Source of the DNA: Psilocybe cubensis
Lineage: Eukaryota
Direction: 5' to 3'
NCBI GenBank assembly: GCA_017499595.2
Contig: CM039000.1
Coordinates: 2,666,001 to 2,730,000 of the forward strand
Length of the DNA: 64,000 nucleotides
In this document: positions 50,748 to 63,783 of the stretch, in pieces
Layout: each line of letters opens with the position of its first letter
How positions within the stretch are numbered: position 1 is the stretch's first letter
Notes under the pieces: generated by a model
Told to the model about the DNA's origin: nothing
Database searches by the model: none
Seen by the model: only the letters and a program-made list of their open reading frames with translations
Made by a program: the position numbers and the translations under genes

Positions 50748-51113
50748 ATTGTGGTGTAGGGGATTGGGGGTGGGGCATGTAGAAATGATTTGAAAGTGTG
50801 CCTGGGTATTGTGGAGGAGAAAGATTATTGTTTCGACGAATATACTTCTAAGTTTTACCGGATGATTGTGGGTTATCATGGCCGTGGCCAGTGGCCGTAT
50901 ACAGAGTAATCAGGACATAAACGTGCGTGTCGGGTTCGGAAGAGGACTGCCAATCAGAAGAGAGGACAGGGTCGACTGAATGCGCCTAGTGTCGCGGCAA
51001 GCGGTCTGGTGGAATTTAGCCAGATTGTGGCGAATATTGGAAATCCTGGTCAAAAAGAGAGTTCGGCCGGAGTGGCCGATGCCGAAAGTGACAGAAAATG
51101 GCTATAAAGTGGA

Positions 51114-51121
51114 TGACGTCA
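51114..51121. promoter_or_regulatory. CRE/ATF-type palindrome TGACGTCA upstream of the HAL kinase gene
   Basis: Exact octamer about 210 bp upstream of the ATG at 51332; motif match only. Confidence 0.35.
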
Positions 51122-51331
51122 GACAGGGAGGGATAAAAATAGGTGATTACCCCGGTTTTGTAATGTTGGATCGGAGGGCAACGGGAGGCCAAGCCGAGAG
51201 AGCCGCATGGGCTGACAGATTTGAAGGCGCAGATTTGCCCAGCTCGCGATAGCCGTCACATGGAACTGCCTCCTGCCATGTCCTTGTCCATTGAGCGCGC
51301 TCTCACCGCTGTTTCTCTCATCGCTATCACC

Positions 51332-53835
51332 ATGGCCTCTCCAATTCTTGCTCAGTCTCCCTCTCCTTCTCCAGAGCCAGAGTCAGGTCTCCAGGTATTT
51401 CATATTTCTAATTGTCTCGCTCTCCATTCTGTTTACTGTTTACCCATCTTTGTTTCAGCCATCTCCCCGCCGAAGCTGTTCGCCGAGTCGCGAGTCAAGC
51501 ACCTCCACCCGTTCCTCTCGTTTCCGCTTTGTCAGGAAACCCTCCTTCATGCACGACCACAACCAGAGCCCAGAGCCCACAAAGCACCACCACCACGGGC
51601 CTCTTCACGACCTCAAGCGTTTCCTCAACCACCATATACCCCATCCAAGCCACCCACCACACTCAAATCCACAGTCTCCAGCTTCTCCCCCAGCCAGGCC
51701 TCGCGGAAACTCTGTTCAGGAGCCCTCTTCTCCAGTTGCACACCGCTCACCTAAACCTGTCAAGCAGAGCAAGGACCGAACGCCCTCACCCACGCCCTCG
51801 GGTTCCCCCCGTTCAGAGTTTGTGCCCCCACACCACCATCAGCATCCCATCACTTCCCTCCATGATGCAACTCAGGCCCATCTCTCCAAAAAGTACGGCA
51901 AGTGGGGTAGGGTTCTAGGCAGTGGTGCAGGTGGCACAGTTCGTCTTATCAAGGGCAAGAACGGCGGCCACGTCTATGCAGTCAAGGAGTTCCGCCCAAA
52001 GCGTCCAGGCGAGACAGAAAAGGAGTATCAGAAAAAAGTCACCGCTGAATTCTGCGTCGGTTCGACCCTCAAGCATCCCAATATTATAGAGACTGTCGAT
52101 ATCGTCTTTGACCATGGCCACTATTATGAGGTCTTTTTTTTTCTCTTTTTTTTGCTTCCCTTTTTCCCCTCATAAAAAAATACTTCTTGTCTAGGTCATG
52201 GAATTCGCTCCTTTTGATCTCTTTTCGGTCGTCATGTCTGGCAAAATGTGTCGTCCAGAGATCTATTGCGTCTTTCGCCAGATATGCGACGGTGTAGAGT
52301 ACCTCCACGAAATGGGTCTCGCCCACAGGGACCTCAAACTCGATAATTGCGTCATGACCTCTGAAAACGTCGTCAAACTTATCGATTTCGGTACCGCCAC
52401 CGTCTTTCACTATCCGGGCAAAAACCACACCCCTGCCACTGGTATCGTTGGCAGTGATCCCTATCTCGCTCCAGAGGTCCTTAACGGTGAGGCTTATGAC
52501 CCAAGAAAAACAGATGTATGGAGTCTCGCCATCATCTTTCTCTGTATGGTCCTGCGCAGATTTCCTTGGAAAATTCCTGATCCAAAGACCGACCCAAGTT
52601 TCAAGGCCTTCGTGAATGCTCATCCTGATCTGTCTGTCAAGCCTCCCCCAAGAGTTGCCAAGCAGCAACAGCTCCTTTTGGCTGATAATCGCAAGCTTTC
52701 CCCCGCACGAGGCTCTACTCTCCCTCCTAATGTACATTCTAATCATGTTAGAGCCCCCAAGGAGCGCAGCTCAACCACCGTCCCAGAGCAGCTAGAGTCT
52801 TCCAGCAATTCCTCAGAGACTACTTCCATACTTACAGACTCGTCCGGATCAGATTCCCAGTCTACTGCCATCACGGATCCCCCATCGCGATTCGTTAGTG
52901 GGACTGCAGGTGCCATTAATCCAAATGATCTCTCAAAGAGGCAGACCCACCTCTTGGACACGCTTGAGAACGTACAGCATCTCAACTCGCAGAGCACAAC
53001 CACCCTCCCCAACCTCGGATTCTTTAGTCAAGTCCCATCAGAGAGCCCAGAGGATCCCTCGGTGCTCAAGTTTGCCAGGCCAGGAAACTCTACAGAGTCC
53101 CTCCCACTGAGCCCGTATCTCAATTGTGATATGCTGACCCCACGCGGTGCGCCCGCATCCATGAATTTCCCCGCTCGCCCCATCCTCGCCTCGCGCGCTG
53201 CGTCGGATGGTCATCTGACGCTCACCAGCACGGATACCACCGCAAACGCTCCACCTAGTCTAGCGGACATCCAGGATGGAGAGGAGGATCTAACGCCGCT
53301 TGCGCAGGTCCCCGCAACACCGGGCGTGGTCCCGCCCACACCGATCAGTCCGCCAGCCTCGGAGAGTACGCCCACGCCGGAAAATAACCGCGGCAAGACA
53401 AGCTCGACGGCGATGGTACAGCCGCCGAAGCGGCAGCGACAGCGCTCGGACAGCGTTGCGACGTTCCATGGAGGAGGGTCCGAGTCGATATTTAGACTGC
53501 TCCCACGCGAGACGCGGCCGGCGCTGCGCCGCATGCTGTTCGTTGAGCCGGCCTCGCGGTGCACGCTCACAGATTTGCTCAAGGGTAAGGGCAAGACGAG
53601 CGGGTTGTTGTGTGGGTGTCTGGTAGGCGAGGAAAAACTGTTGAGCACGGGAACGGGGAACGATGGGAACTCGGGGCATTGTATCGACCATGATGAGCAC
53701 GATGCTGCGGACGAGGACGATGGAGATGAGTGGTTGAAGGGGATTGAGCCATGTTCGGCGGCAGGCGTTGTACCCAAGCATGTACATATCAAGGTGGCCG
53801 TAGACGAGAAGCAGACGAAGCGCAAATTTTTCTAG
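51332..53835 (+). CDS. HAL/Npr1-family Ser/Thr protein kinase (Sat4/Hal5/Ptk2-like)
   Basis: [91 protein letters not shown]; two introns. In-frame upstream ATGs exist at 51260 and 51278. Confidence 0.9.
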
Positions 53836-54849
53836 TAGATGGAGGGGTATTTTATCTATTTAACGAGGTAAATGGCTGGTATTGGGAGAGCTTGGCTTTT
53901 AATTTGGAAGAGGAAGGGGGAGCAGGGCGGGCGCTGGAGATCTTTGGGGAGCGTGCAGAGGACAATCTGGAACCGCGGTGAGGCTCGTTGCCGATGTTCA
54001 GGTACCACTCGTCTATTCACACTTCCTCGACAAAATCACTGCGCGCGACGCGACGCGACCGGGTTATTCTATTCAACGTCACTTTTCCTCCTCCCCTTTT
54101 GTTCGATACGCATCTCGCCCGCGCTAACGACACCTCTTGCCCTTGCGATTTTTATGTCTTTATCCCTCCCTCCCCTCCGATTGAGCACACCGAGACGCTT
54201 TCCCACTCTCTACTCGGTGCTCCCCGCCCGTCTTGGCTGCATCCCCACCGCGCAGACTCGCCTCGAACTATGATTATTATCCTTATCACTGCCTTCCTTT
54301 TTCCTCACGACCTCGACTAACAAACAGCCCAGGAGACCACGCCACCTATACATTCATGCACATGCACACGCCACGCCACGCCACACCAACCCATCGCATC
54401 GCATTACACTTTCGCATTTTTAACGCAATACATACATGCACAATACATACGTATCTATTATTTATCTTTTTCTCACCTTTTTTTTTACCTCTCCATCATT
54501 GATTTCATGCATGCTCTCCGTTCACCTGCGACTATAGTAGCCCACGCAAATCTGCCTACCTTCCCCCCTCCCTCCCTAACCCGTCTATGCCCTACCCTAT
54601 GCCGCTAGTGTTTTCTGTGTCATCATTTGCTTCTTTTTTTCCTGCCCATTGAAGACTCTTCATGACTTGATTTCTACATGCACTACAGACCCTCTCCCCA
54701 TCCATCTCATGCTTCACATCATGTCTCATTTTGGTTTATGGTCCCCAACCCTTTTATTCTGTTTAAAAAATTATCGGCACCATTAGATTTTTTTTCTCCC
54801 GTCCCTTGATTTTTGTTATTCCGTATAAGCGCTTTTTATATTATGATGC

Positions 54850-54975
54850 TTTTTTTCTTTTTTTCTTTTTTTTTTTTTTTTTGTTCTCGTTTATGATACA
54901 TTACATTTTACATTTGTTTTTTCTATTACTACACTCTTATTACTATGATCTTGTTTTTCTTTTTTCTTTTTTTTT
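54850..54975 (+). repeat. Poly-T / T-rich low-complexity tracts
   Basis: Long T runs at about 54850-54882 and 54954-54975. Confidence 0.8.
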
Positions 54976-57925
54976 CCTGTTATGACCTTGTGTTTTCCGA
55001 ACCATGCAATCTCCGAATTGAGAGCCAAATTCTATTGTCTGACATTGTCTCTTGATTGTGGTTTTGGTCTTGTTGGCTTCGGGAGTAAGTTCAAGTCTAT
55101 TTGGTCGATCTTATACCCTGCCCTGAAGTTTATTTGGTCAATCTTACGGCCGTTCTACTCCCTGGCGTTGTCTGTTTGACTTTCTTGAAGTTTTTATTTA
55201 GCTCATACAAGTTCTCACTCGGTCGGTCCGTGCTTTGATCTCTCTCATCCCGCGCAAATTCTGCCAGTATGTCTTCCTCAGTCCCGCCAAGTCCGCATAT
55301 ATCCAGGTACACTCTGTTTATAACACAGAGTGAACTTGGACTTTTCCGCTCTTGATTAGAGAGCTTACTGGCAATTCTCTTGGGTATAATCTTGGTGCCG
55401 CTCGATTCCTCTTCCTTCGAGTCATTGATCTAATTTTCCGCCATTCTGCTGTCTCTTCCAAAGCCACTCTCGCATTTATCCAATCATGTCCATCTTCGCC
55501 TACTTCCGCAGAGCCAATTCTAGCTCATGTGCCCACCCGCCCGATTCCCTCTCTCACACACACAATTTTTACCATAGCACCTTTTTTTAATTTGCACGTA
55601 CAACCAATCTGGAATCTACGAAGTACTACATGTAACATGAAATCTATTCCGTCTGGGTAAACTTCTGGCGGTGCTTACTCGGGATTCTTGGCCAGTTTTC
55701 ATGCTGGCTATTCCCGTCCTCCGTCCACGTTCGAACCCTCTGCTGGCTTTTACGAACATGTCTATCTAGCTCGAATGAATTTAATTGGGTCTCTTGTCAA
55801 CCGCAAGCTGCTAATGGCTATTTTCCTGGCAGTGTATGCAGGGACAGCACATGGTTGTCTATCTGTCTGTCTTGCTATCTGTCTATTGTAAAAATTCAAC
55901 GCCTCACCATGATTTCATGATAAAATGGGTTTTCACGCTCTTCTCTCCAGTGAATCATAGCTGTAGATATTATTGGATCCGACTAGGGCATGTCCGCCGC
56001 GAAGCACGTTTGCACAAAGTTCTAGATGCAGCCTTGCCGTTCACGACGCAGCAGCACAGGAAGCAAGGATTTAGAAGCCTCTTTTCTCCTGCTACATGGG
56101 ATCGATCGATATGTTTTTCTGCTTTTGTTTGATCTCCCCATATTGTGTGCCTTTTGCCCTCAAGCCTCTTCGATGTGACGATATACGTTGTAGCCGGGTC
56201 AAAACGGTGCTGAAGATAGCACACTCCTTTCACACACAATGCCTACTGGCGCAGCAGCAAGGAGTAAAAACAAAAACAAAACTTATTTTAAAATCAGTTC
56301 ACCGTTTGAACAGAAAAGAAGGGGAAAGATAGTAAAGAGATAATAGCTATTTTTCGCCAAATGGCCCAAGGCCAATGTTTTCCCACGCGTGCTTTGCCCA
56401 GGACCTCGTTCTGTTGGACCCTCAATTTGACAGCCCTCACCTATAGGCCACAGAATCACGGCCTTTAAGATGGTATGTTCACATTGAACTCATTTATGTC
56501 TTATTGGCTGCGTGGGTTTTGGAAATTGGCTGCATTTTTCAGCATTTCCGCACGGAGTAAACTGTGAAAGGCCCTCCGCGCGTACACCTCGCCAACTACT
56601 CGCTTGCTGCCGACTTTACAACGGTCAGAAAAATCTAAAACTGCGTCCGTAAATCATGTATGACCATACTGCGTCTGTAAATAATACTTGGATGCCGGTG
56701 CTACCGTCCTTTATAGTGCTTCTGCTAAGATCCCTTAGGTCCTTGCTCATCATCATCAGCTGTAGTTCCTTGTCTACCTTACGACCCCGTATACCCCAAA
56801 TAAGACTAGAGGGTTCTATTCTAGCTCGCAATCTTTAGATTCTCCTCATACATACCAAGCTATCACCGCAATGTATGCCTTGTCCTTGTTTTACGATTTC
56901 CACAGTCACTCGATTGAGACACCCCACGGCACACCCCCGGCCCCTCCGATTAATATCTACTATATCTATGGAAAATAAACCGTGGCTCAATGTTTCTCCC
57001 GATAACATATGCTTCAGCTGGTCAACCGATATATTCCAATAATAACCACCTCAAACGCTCGTCGTTTTGAACCCCCTTGGCCGCCCGGGGCGATCAAAGG
57101 ATATATCATTGTCCTGCTGTCTTCGGTACTTAAAATTTTGTACAATCCACATTTGCTTTTTATTCATACACGCCGCGACGTTGCATTATCTGTTTCGTAT
57201 CGATACACATACATACATTTATTTTTTAATTTCTCCCGCCCAATCGGTGGATCAGTGCATAGGAAGGTGTGCTAAGGAACCGAGCGCGCCATGCTCGCAT
57301 TTTATTTTAGTATAGAGTTTCTCCGAGAAACCGACCCGGAGCCACTCTCTTTCCTTTTGAAGGATGCAGAGTTATTGCAAGGGAAAGGCCACATCTGATC
57401 TGAGATGCACGCCTGAAAGACGTTACCAGAAACAGCAAATAGACTGGTTGTTTTCTCTATTAACATCGTCCAACAGTCAACGGGACAGTCCTGCCTCCGG
57501 CCCTGACTCTTAAAATCCTCTTTAACAGCTCGAGAAACCACCCCAACTTCGCGTCTTTTGCCCGCCAGTATACGCCCCAGAAGTAGCTAAACAAAGTCTT
57601 AAAAGGTTCTATCGTTTCTCGCTGCTACTTGTCAAGTTTCAACCAAACTTTTTGCCAGCTTCGACTCCACGCCGGCCGCTTTTAATTGTCGATGATGGAA
57701 ATTACGCGACCTGGCAACAATTCAAAATTGAATATCACCGATTCAATCATTCAACCATGATACAAATCTATAGGCCAAGAAAAAGTCATACAAACTACAC
57801 GCCCCGGTTGCATATGGAAAGTCTACCTTTTTCCAACAGAAAACACAAAGGTATATTGGAAACAATAACAATATTAATATACAGCAAGCAATCGCACAAA
57901 CAAAAGCACAAACGGAGACGCGTCT

Positions 57926-59993
57926 CTACAGCTCGTCCCGGCGTGTATCGTGTTTTTTGAGTGGATGCTTCTTCCTATCCTTTTCTGGTTGTTTCCCATC
58001 TTTCGATACAGGTTTCGTCACCTTTTTCCCGTCTAATGTGATTACCTCCGCCTGGACATTATAACCAGCTGCCCGGAGCGCGTCGACAAGCCTATCGCTG
58101 TCCATTTCAACCGCGTCGTCCTCGAGTTCGTCAGCGAGTTCAATGATAAGTTCACCGTCTCCCACAACTTTAGCGCCGTCCTTGCCCACGAGAGCGGCTA
58201 GTGTCTTGCGTAAAAGGTCGTTGAATGATTTCTCCCTGATTGAGGCTTCATCCTCCGTCCCTTTGGCATTCGGCACAGGTGCGGGCAGAACCGTTTTTCG
58301 AAGCGGAATCTTGACGGGGTGGTCAGCTGCTGGAAGGTTCATGTGGTCTTCAGGCTTAGTGTCGACCACCTCGCGACATCTGATTTCTGCCTCTCCTACA
58401 GAATCTCGACGAGATCTGAACCCAGGCTCTCCGCACAATCGAGGAGTATGAATGACTAGCACATACGAGCATGTCTTTGTCTCCTTCACGAACAATATAT
58501 GGTCGGTCATTTCCATCGAACAGTGGAACTATTTTTAGAAAAGGAGATGAGCGGCGCGTACACCCACGGTGTTTGACGGATTGCAGGGAAAAAAAGCAAA
58601 GGTACATTAACGAGAGGCATCAGAGTTAAAAACAAAGTAATCAGGTGGTGCAAAAAAGATTAAAATTCAGCATGCCAAAGGAGAGAAAATAACAACATGA
58701 GAGAAAGGGACTGACCTGAACCTCCACTTCACGATGTGTATTGGTCTTGTCGCAAATGCTCCCGTCGCCCCATCTCTGAACAAGATAGCGCGAACCAGCG
58801 TTTCGGGCAAGCTCTAAATTGGCTGCTTGGGCATTTTGTTCGGCGACTGTCAAGTCCGCTCCAGGTTCCGGATTTTGCGGCGCGCGGCCTAGCGTGTAAG
58901 CGTCCCACTTGGGTCGCGAGACCACGGTGAACGGATGGAAGTTGCCATGGATAAGAACAAACTTACGCCTGGATCTTCTTCTGGTGTATACGTCCCTGAT
59001 AATAGATAAAATCAGAAAAATTGCCCCAAGAGTGAAGTTTAATAATCCGAGGGAAGGAATTGTTGATAAATGCATCGCATGGAGAGGGGGGGGGGGGGGG
59101 GGGATTTTCCAAAGAAGCGACCGCCAAGGGCCAGCCCCCTGCATTCGAAACGGGAAAATAATGTGCAAAATAATTGAAAGCGGATAAAAAAAGGAAATCA
59201 AAGAGAATCCAGGAAGAGATGAGTTTATTGATTACACTTGGGAGAGAGAGAAAAGGGGTGGGAGAAGAGCGCGGCAGTACGGTCGGAGAACTAAAATTAA
59301 AACATCGAAGGGCGGGCGACGTGGCTGGCCAGTGAAACGGAAAATTACCTGGAAAACGTGTCTGCGCGGGAACAGCCTCTTTGAATTGTCGGATTTCGTC
59401 GTTGTGGCAGTAGGAATAGGTGAACCAGCCTTGACGATGCTTTTGAGTTTAAGTTAGATTGGACCGACATTCCGAACTGAAGCAGGAGAACACACGTAAA
59501 GACATGTGCCTGTGAGTGGCTGAAGAAGCGACCAGCTACGCGCCGGGGTCATATCGGCGTCGGTGTCGTCTTCCTGGGAAGGAGGAGCAGGGTCGATAGG
59601 CTGGGGTATGAGACAGACATACGAATCGCGGGGGCCCATACGCATATGCTGGAGGGTATATGAGAGATTCGCAGAAATAGGCTGCTGGGGCTCGGCCTAG
59701 AAGGGCGATGAGAAGGAGAAGACAGCAAGGTTTGTGGGGCGCACCGAATCTTCAGCGGAACCAATCTCCTTGCGGGGAGAGTCGTTCCATGGCTGGTCGA
59801 GAAACTCGAGCTCGCCGCCGCGGAGACCTTCTGCGAGCCAGCGCTCTGCGGTGTGGTTGAGGACGGGGAGACCGTTGAGAAAGGAGACACGATACTTGGG
59901 GAACGCGTAGGGATCCTCCGGGAGGGAGTGGAGGAGACGGGTGAAGACGGGGAGAGGGACGAGGGGCAGCAGCAACAGACAGCAGCGGCGCAT
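57926..59993 (-). CDS. YOS9: ER lectin Yos9/OS-9 (MRH domain), ERAD
   Basis: Signal peptide MRRCCLLLLPLVPLPVFT; LPEDPYAFPKY; LQPLTGTCLY|HRQGWFTYSYCHNDEIRQF; YLVQRWGDGSICDKT..REVEVQ|FHC; VKETKTCSYVLVIHTPRLC; C-terminal RDEL retention signal. Confidence 0.9.
59086..59103 (+). repeat. G18 homopolymer in a YOS9 intron
   Basis: 18 consecutive G on the + strand. Confidence 0.85.
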
Positions 59994-60383
59994 TGGATGG
60001 AGACAGACACAGTGATCGGCAGTGATGTCGTGGCCTGCCGGGGTGCCGGGGGAGATTGAGGCTCCGCAAGTCCGCGGCGGGACATCGGCGGCGGCGGGGG
60101 TAATAATTATAATTATATTAAAATGTGAATTCATTACGTGAGTAACCAACCCCCCAAAATCAGGGGTAAAAAAGTGTAGACTATCGAGGATGTATAATAA
60201 TAATAAAATGCGAGGGAAACAACAATACAAATCATTCAACTTGTTCTAAATACGGCAAAAGAATTGGTTCATTAAAGCCGGCCTCTCGTCTTTTCCCCAC
60301 TTCCTTTCCTCCCAGTACCATCCCAGCGCGCTCAATCTCCCTCCCCACCACCCATCCCCCCGCCATCGCGCGTCAAACCGCCA

Positions 60384-60988
60384 ATGTCGACGTCCCCGAA
60401 CGACCAGCAGGAGGAGGGCCTCGATAAGCAGTCGGTCGACGAGTTGGCAGACACCAACCATGCTACTGATGAGCCTGAGCCGGGTGAGCAAATCCTTTCT
60501 CTTTCCGTCATTACTCCGGAAATCCCTCTTCTGTCTCCGTTTTTCTTAAACTCGATCCCATTCGATGCCAACGCGTGTGCTAATCGCGCGTCGTCATTTT
60601 ATCGTCCTAATCTAGGCACTTCTACCACTTCAGGCACCGTCAAGCGCGGGCGCGGCCGTCCAAAGGGCAGTAAGAACAAAAAGTCTGGCGCTTCGTCCGC
60701 TGGTCCTGAGAGTCCTACTACGCCGACTGTCCAGCGAAAGCGCGGGCGTCCGCCAAAGGTGCGGCACACGAGTTTCTTATTCGGCCCTAGGTCATTCATT
60801 GTTCATATCCTAAATAGGAGAAGAAGGAGGATGCAGGAGAGGAACCACCCCCGAAACGGCCAAGGGGACGGCCTCCCAAAAATCCAAAGCCCGCGTCGGG
60901 TGAAGCGACGACGAGTGCTGCAGAGGCAGGCGATTCCAGCGGGAAGAAGAAACGCGGTCGACCGTCGAAAAAAGGCTCCACTGCTTGA
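60384..60988 (+). CDS. Small HMGA-like AT-hook DNA-binding protein
   Basis: Three exons; four AT-hooks KRGRGRPKG, KRGRPPK, KRPRGRPPK, KKRGRPSK; acidic N-terminus; stop TGA 60986-60988. Confidence 0.82.
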
Positions 60989-61660
60989 ACCCTTCTAACG
61001 TCCATTTTGTCACGAATTTATCCATTCATCTCGATACCCTTCCCATTTCTTTGCTCCCCTCCCCCCCTGTCCCCCTTTCTACCACCCTTGGCCCGTTATC
61101 TTGACCCTCCCATCGTATGCTGTGCATTTTTAGTCTAGGCAACTTATGACCGACATGAATATTTCTCCTCGTCGACCTTGTTTTATCGTTACACCTCAAA
61201 CGTTTATTTTTTTTTTCTCAAAAGTTGCATTCTATGATGAACGGACATATATTTGGGATTATCCTGGTTACCATCGTCGCTTATTTATGGGTGTAGTACA
61301 TATGAACATATATTTCCGACCTAGATCAGGTGTGTCATCTGTACAATCAACTCTTTCTTTTACCAGCTTTGCGAGCCTCGTGGTCGACCACTCGGAGATA
61401 AATGACGACAGTTCTATAGGGGGAGGACAAGCAAGGGGAAGAATGCATCAACAACCAAGGTTATCAAAATAAAAAAGAAATCATGGGAATATTACCTTTC
61501 GGAATCGGTCGGTCGGTGGCGAGAATGTGCGACGGGGGGCTTCGCTTCTCAAAAGACATTTCTAGATTGCGTCCAATGACAATTTTTATTCCTTTGGGTG
61601 CGTTTTTATAAAACTCCAATAGTCCCGCTGTCTTGGGATTATCAAGGTTTGACGTTCATT

Positions 61661-63783
61661 TTACTTTTGTCCCAATAAATTCAGCACCATGTCCGCTGTA
61701 GCCCACATTAACCACGCTCCCGCAGCCCCAAAGACAACTACTCCTATCCGACTTAGCCCAGTCAGAATGGTCGACTGGCGTGCTGCCTTTTTCTTTACAG
61801 TAGCGTAATTGATATCCGGTCGGAATGTGACCATAGTGTACAATGGAAGCCAACCTTTAGGTTTACCAGGTGGGTAAGGAAGGCTGGATAATGTTGGGAT
61901 CAAAGACGACAGCGACATCATTTGAGGCGACGTCAGAGAGTATAAAAGGTTGTCCAAAGTCTTCCTGAACAGGTAGCTCAGCTGTGTAACGGAATGTCGC
62001 ATCTCGACACTGTCCAGAATTGGGATTATATCAACAAACTGGATGGCCCACAAAAACACACAAAACACGGAAAGAGAAAGGAGATGGAGCGCTCACTAAT
62101 TATTCATAGCAAGATCCGATATAGCGATGAGATCCTCGTGTCTAGTGTCTGTGTAACGTTGAAGGGCATTGGCTAAACGTCGATCTTGACCATTCTTGTC
62201 ATCAGAGATCGAAGGTGTCGAAGAAACGCCTTCTTCATCTAGCAGCGTCGAAAGAATTCGCACATCCTCTAGGCCTGCATTTAGACCTTGGCCATAGAAT
62301 GGCACCATGGAGTGGGCTGCATCTCCCAAGATAATGGCTCGATCTTTGTAATGGTATGGGTTTGCCTATAACAAAAAAAAAACCAAAAATAAACCCCTCA
62401 CGGGGGTGGTAGGGTTGGTTACAATCACAAGTTTTCCCTTGACCGTCTTATTAAATTAAAATTACCTTTGTACAAATCAGTGGACTTCTGGGATTCCGCT
62501 TGAAGTCTTCCACCAATGATTTTTCGCCAATAAGGTGGGTCGCGTCAGGGAAATAGGACTTGAACCAAGCCAGAATACTCTCGGGGGTACAGAGGCGATC
62601 AAGCTCGGCGGTCGGTGCAAATAAAGTGCATGTAAATGTTTTATCCTAGTGATAAGAATATACATTAATGAAAGTGGAAATAAAAAAGCATAGATACCAC
62701 ATGGGACTTTACTTTGTTTGGGAGGGCTATTAGCATGAAAGAGTGGCGGGGCCATATGTGAAGATGATTAGGATCAAGCAGAAATGTGGATTCGCCATTA
62801 ACGTCCCGGCCTGCCGGCATTTTCAATTCAAGATATTCGTCCCTGATGTACTCTTGTTGATAATTCATTCTAGAGTAAACGGTCAGGGAGAGTTGATGGG
62901 AAAAAAACAAGACAAGACATCAGCGACAAAAACAAGTGACAGACAGAACGGACAGGTAAAATTACCTAACCACTCGCATCATCTGTCGTCGAATTACAGA
63001 ATAGCTACCGTCCGATCCAATGCAAAAATCGAAAGAGACGGTGCGATCCTTGTTGGCTAAGGTATCGTGAACGGACATGGACCCATTATCAAAGTCGACC
63101 GCGGTGACTTTATGATTAAAAAAGGTACGAATAGTGGGAGTCTGAGAAACTTGATCAAGCAACCCTTCATTCAGGAGTGCCCTGTCGATGGAATTTATAC
63201 ACTGTCAAGGAGAACAACAAAAAAAGGGGGGTACATAAACCTGTGCGGCGAAATACAAGAGAAATTCCACGAACCTGTCCATCTCTGTCATAGAGCTGAC
63301 TGTCTAGTTCGCCAGATAATTTATGAATCATGCGACCGCGCATGGGGATGGCGGACTGTAGGAAGCGATGTGCGGCGGCGGGCTCGACAGCCTCTAATGC
63401 TGCGATGCCGCGATGGGAGATGGCTAGGTTGATGGACCGCTGACCGACCGCAGCCTTGGAGGAAGCGAGCCGCATATCTGCAAATGAAAGACAAGACGGG
63501 ATGCAATTTTAGCTCAAATGCTACTGCATGACGTTGTGCGAAAGGGAGAATTTCATTTTATCAAAAAAGCGAAGACAAAAACAGACAGAAGTAGGGTGGT
63601 GTCGGATTGGGTTGGATTGGGTTGCAAGCGCGGCGAATGGTGATGTAAGGTGTTCTCACCTGGACGGCCTTCATATAGTTCGACGGCCCACCCACGCTTG
63701 GCGAGCGCTAAAGCTGCGAGAGCGCCGACGGGGCCTGCGCCTACGACGACTGCCTTCTTTGCAGCTGGTGATTGAGAGTGCAT
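61661..63783 (-). CDS. BNA4: Kynurenine 3-monooxygenase (FAD-dependent; NAD de novo pathway)
   Basis: [102 protein letters not shown]-terminal TM anchor. Confidence 0.95.

Noticed and set aside
55130..55660. Short ORFs in the large intergenic gap as a gene or transposase
   Set aside because: No domain motifs, interrupted by stops, and no consistent splice chain found.
46277..63783. Methyltransferase plus FAD monooxygenase as a secondary-metabolite cluster
   Set aside because: They are a protein-lysine methyltransferase type and primary-metabolism kynurenine monooxygenase, about 15 kb apart, with no PKS, NRPS or terpene synthase and with housekeeping genes between them.
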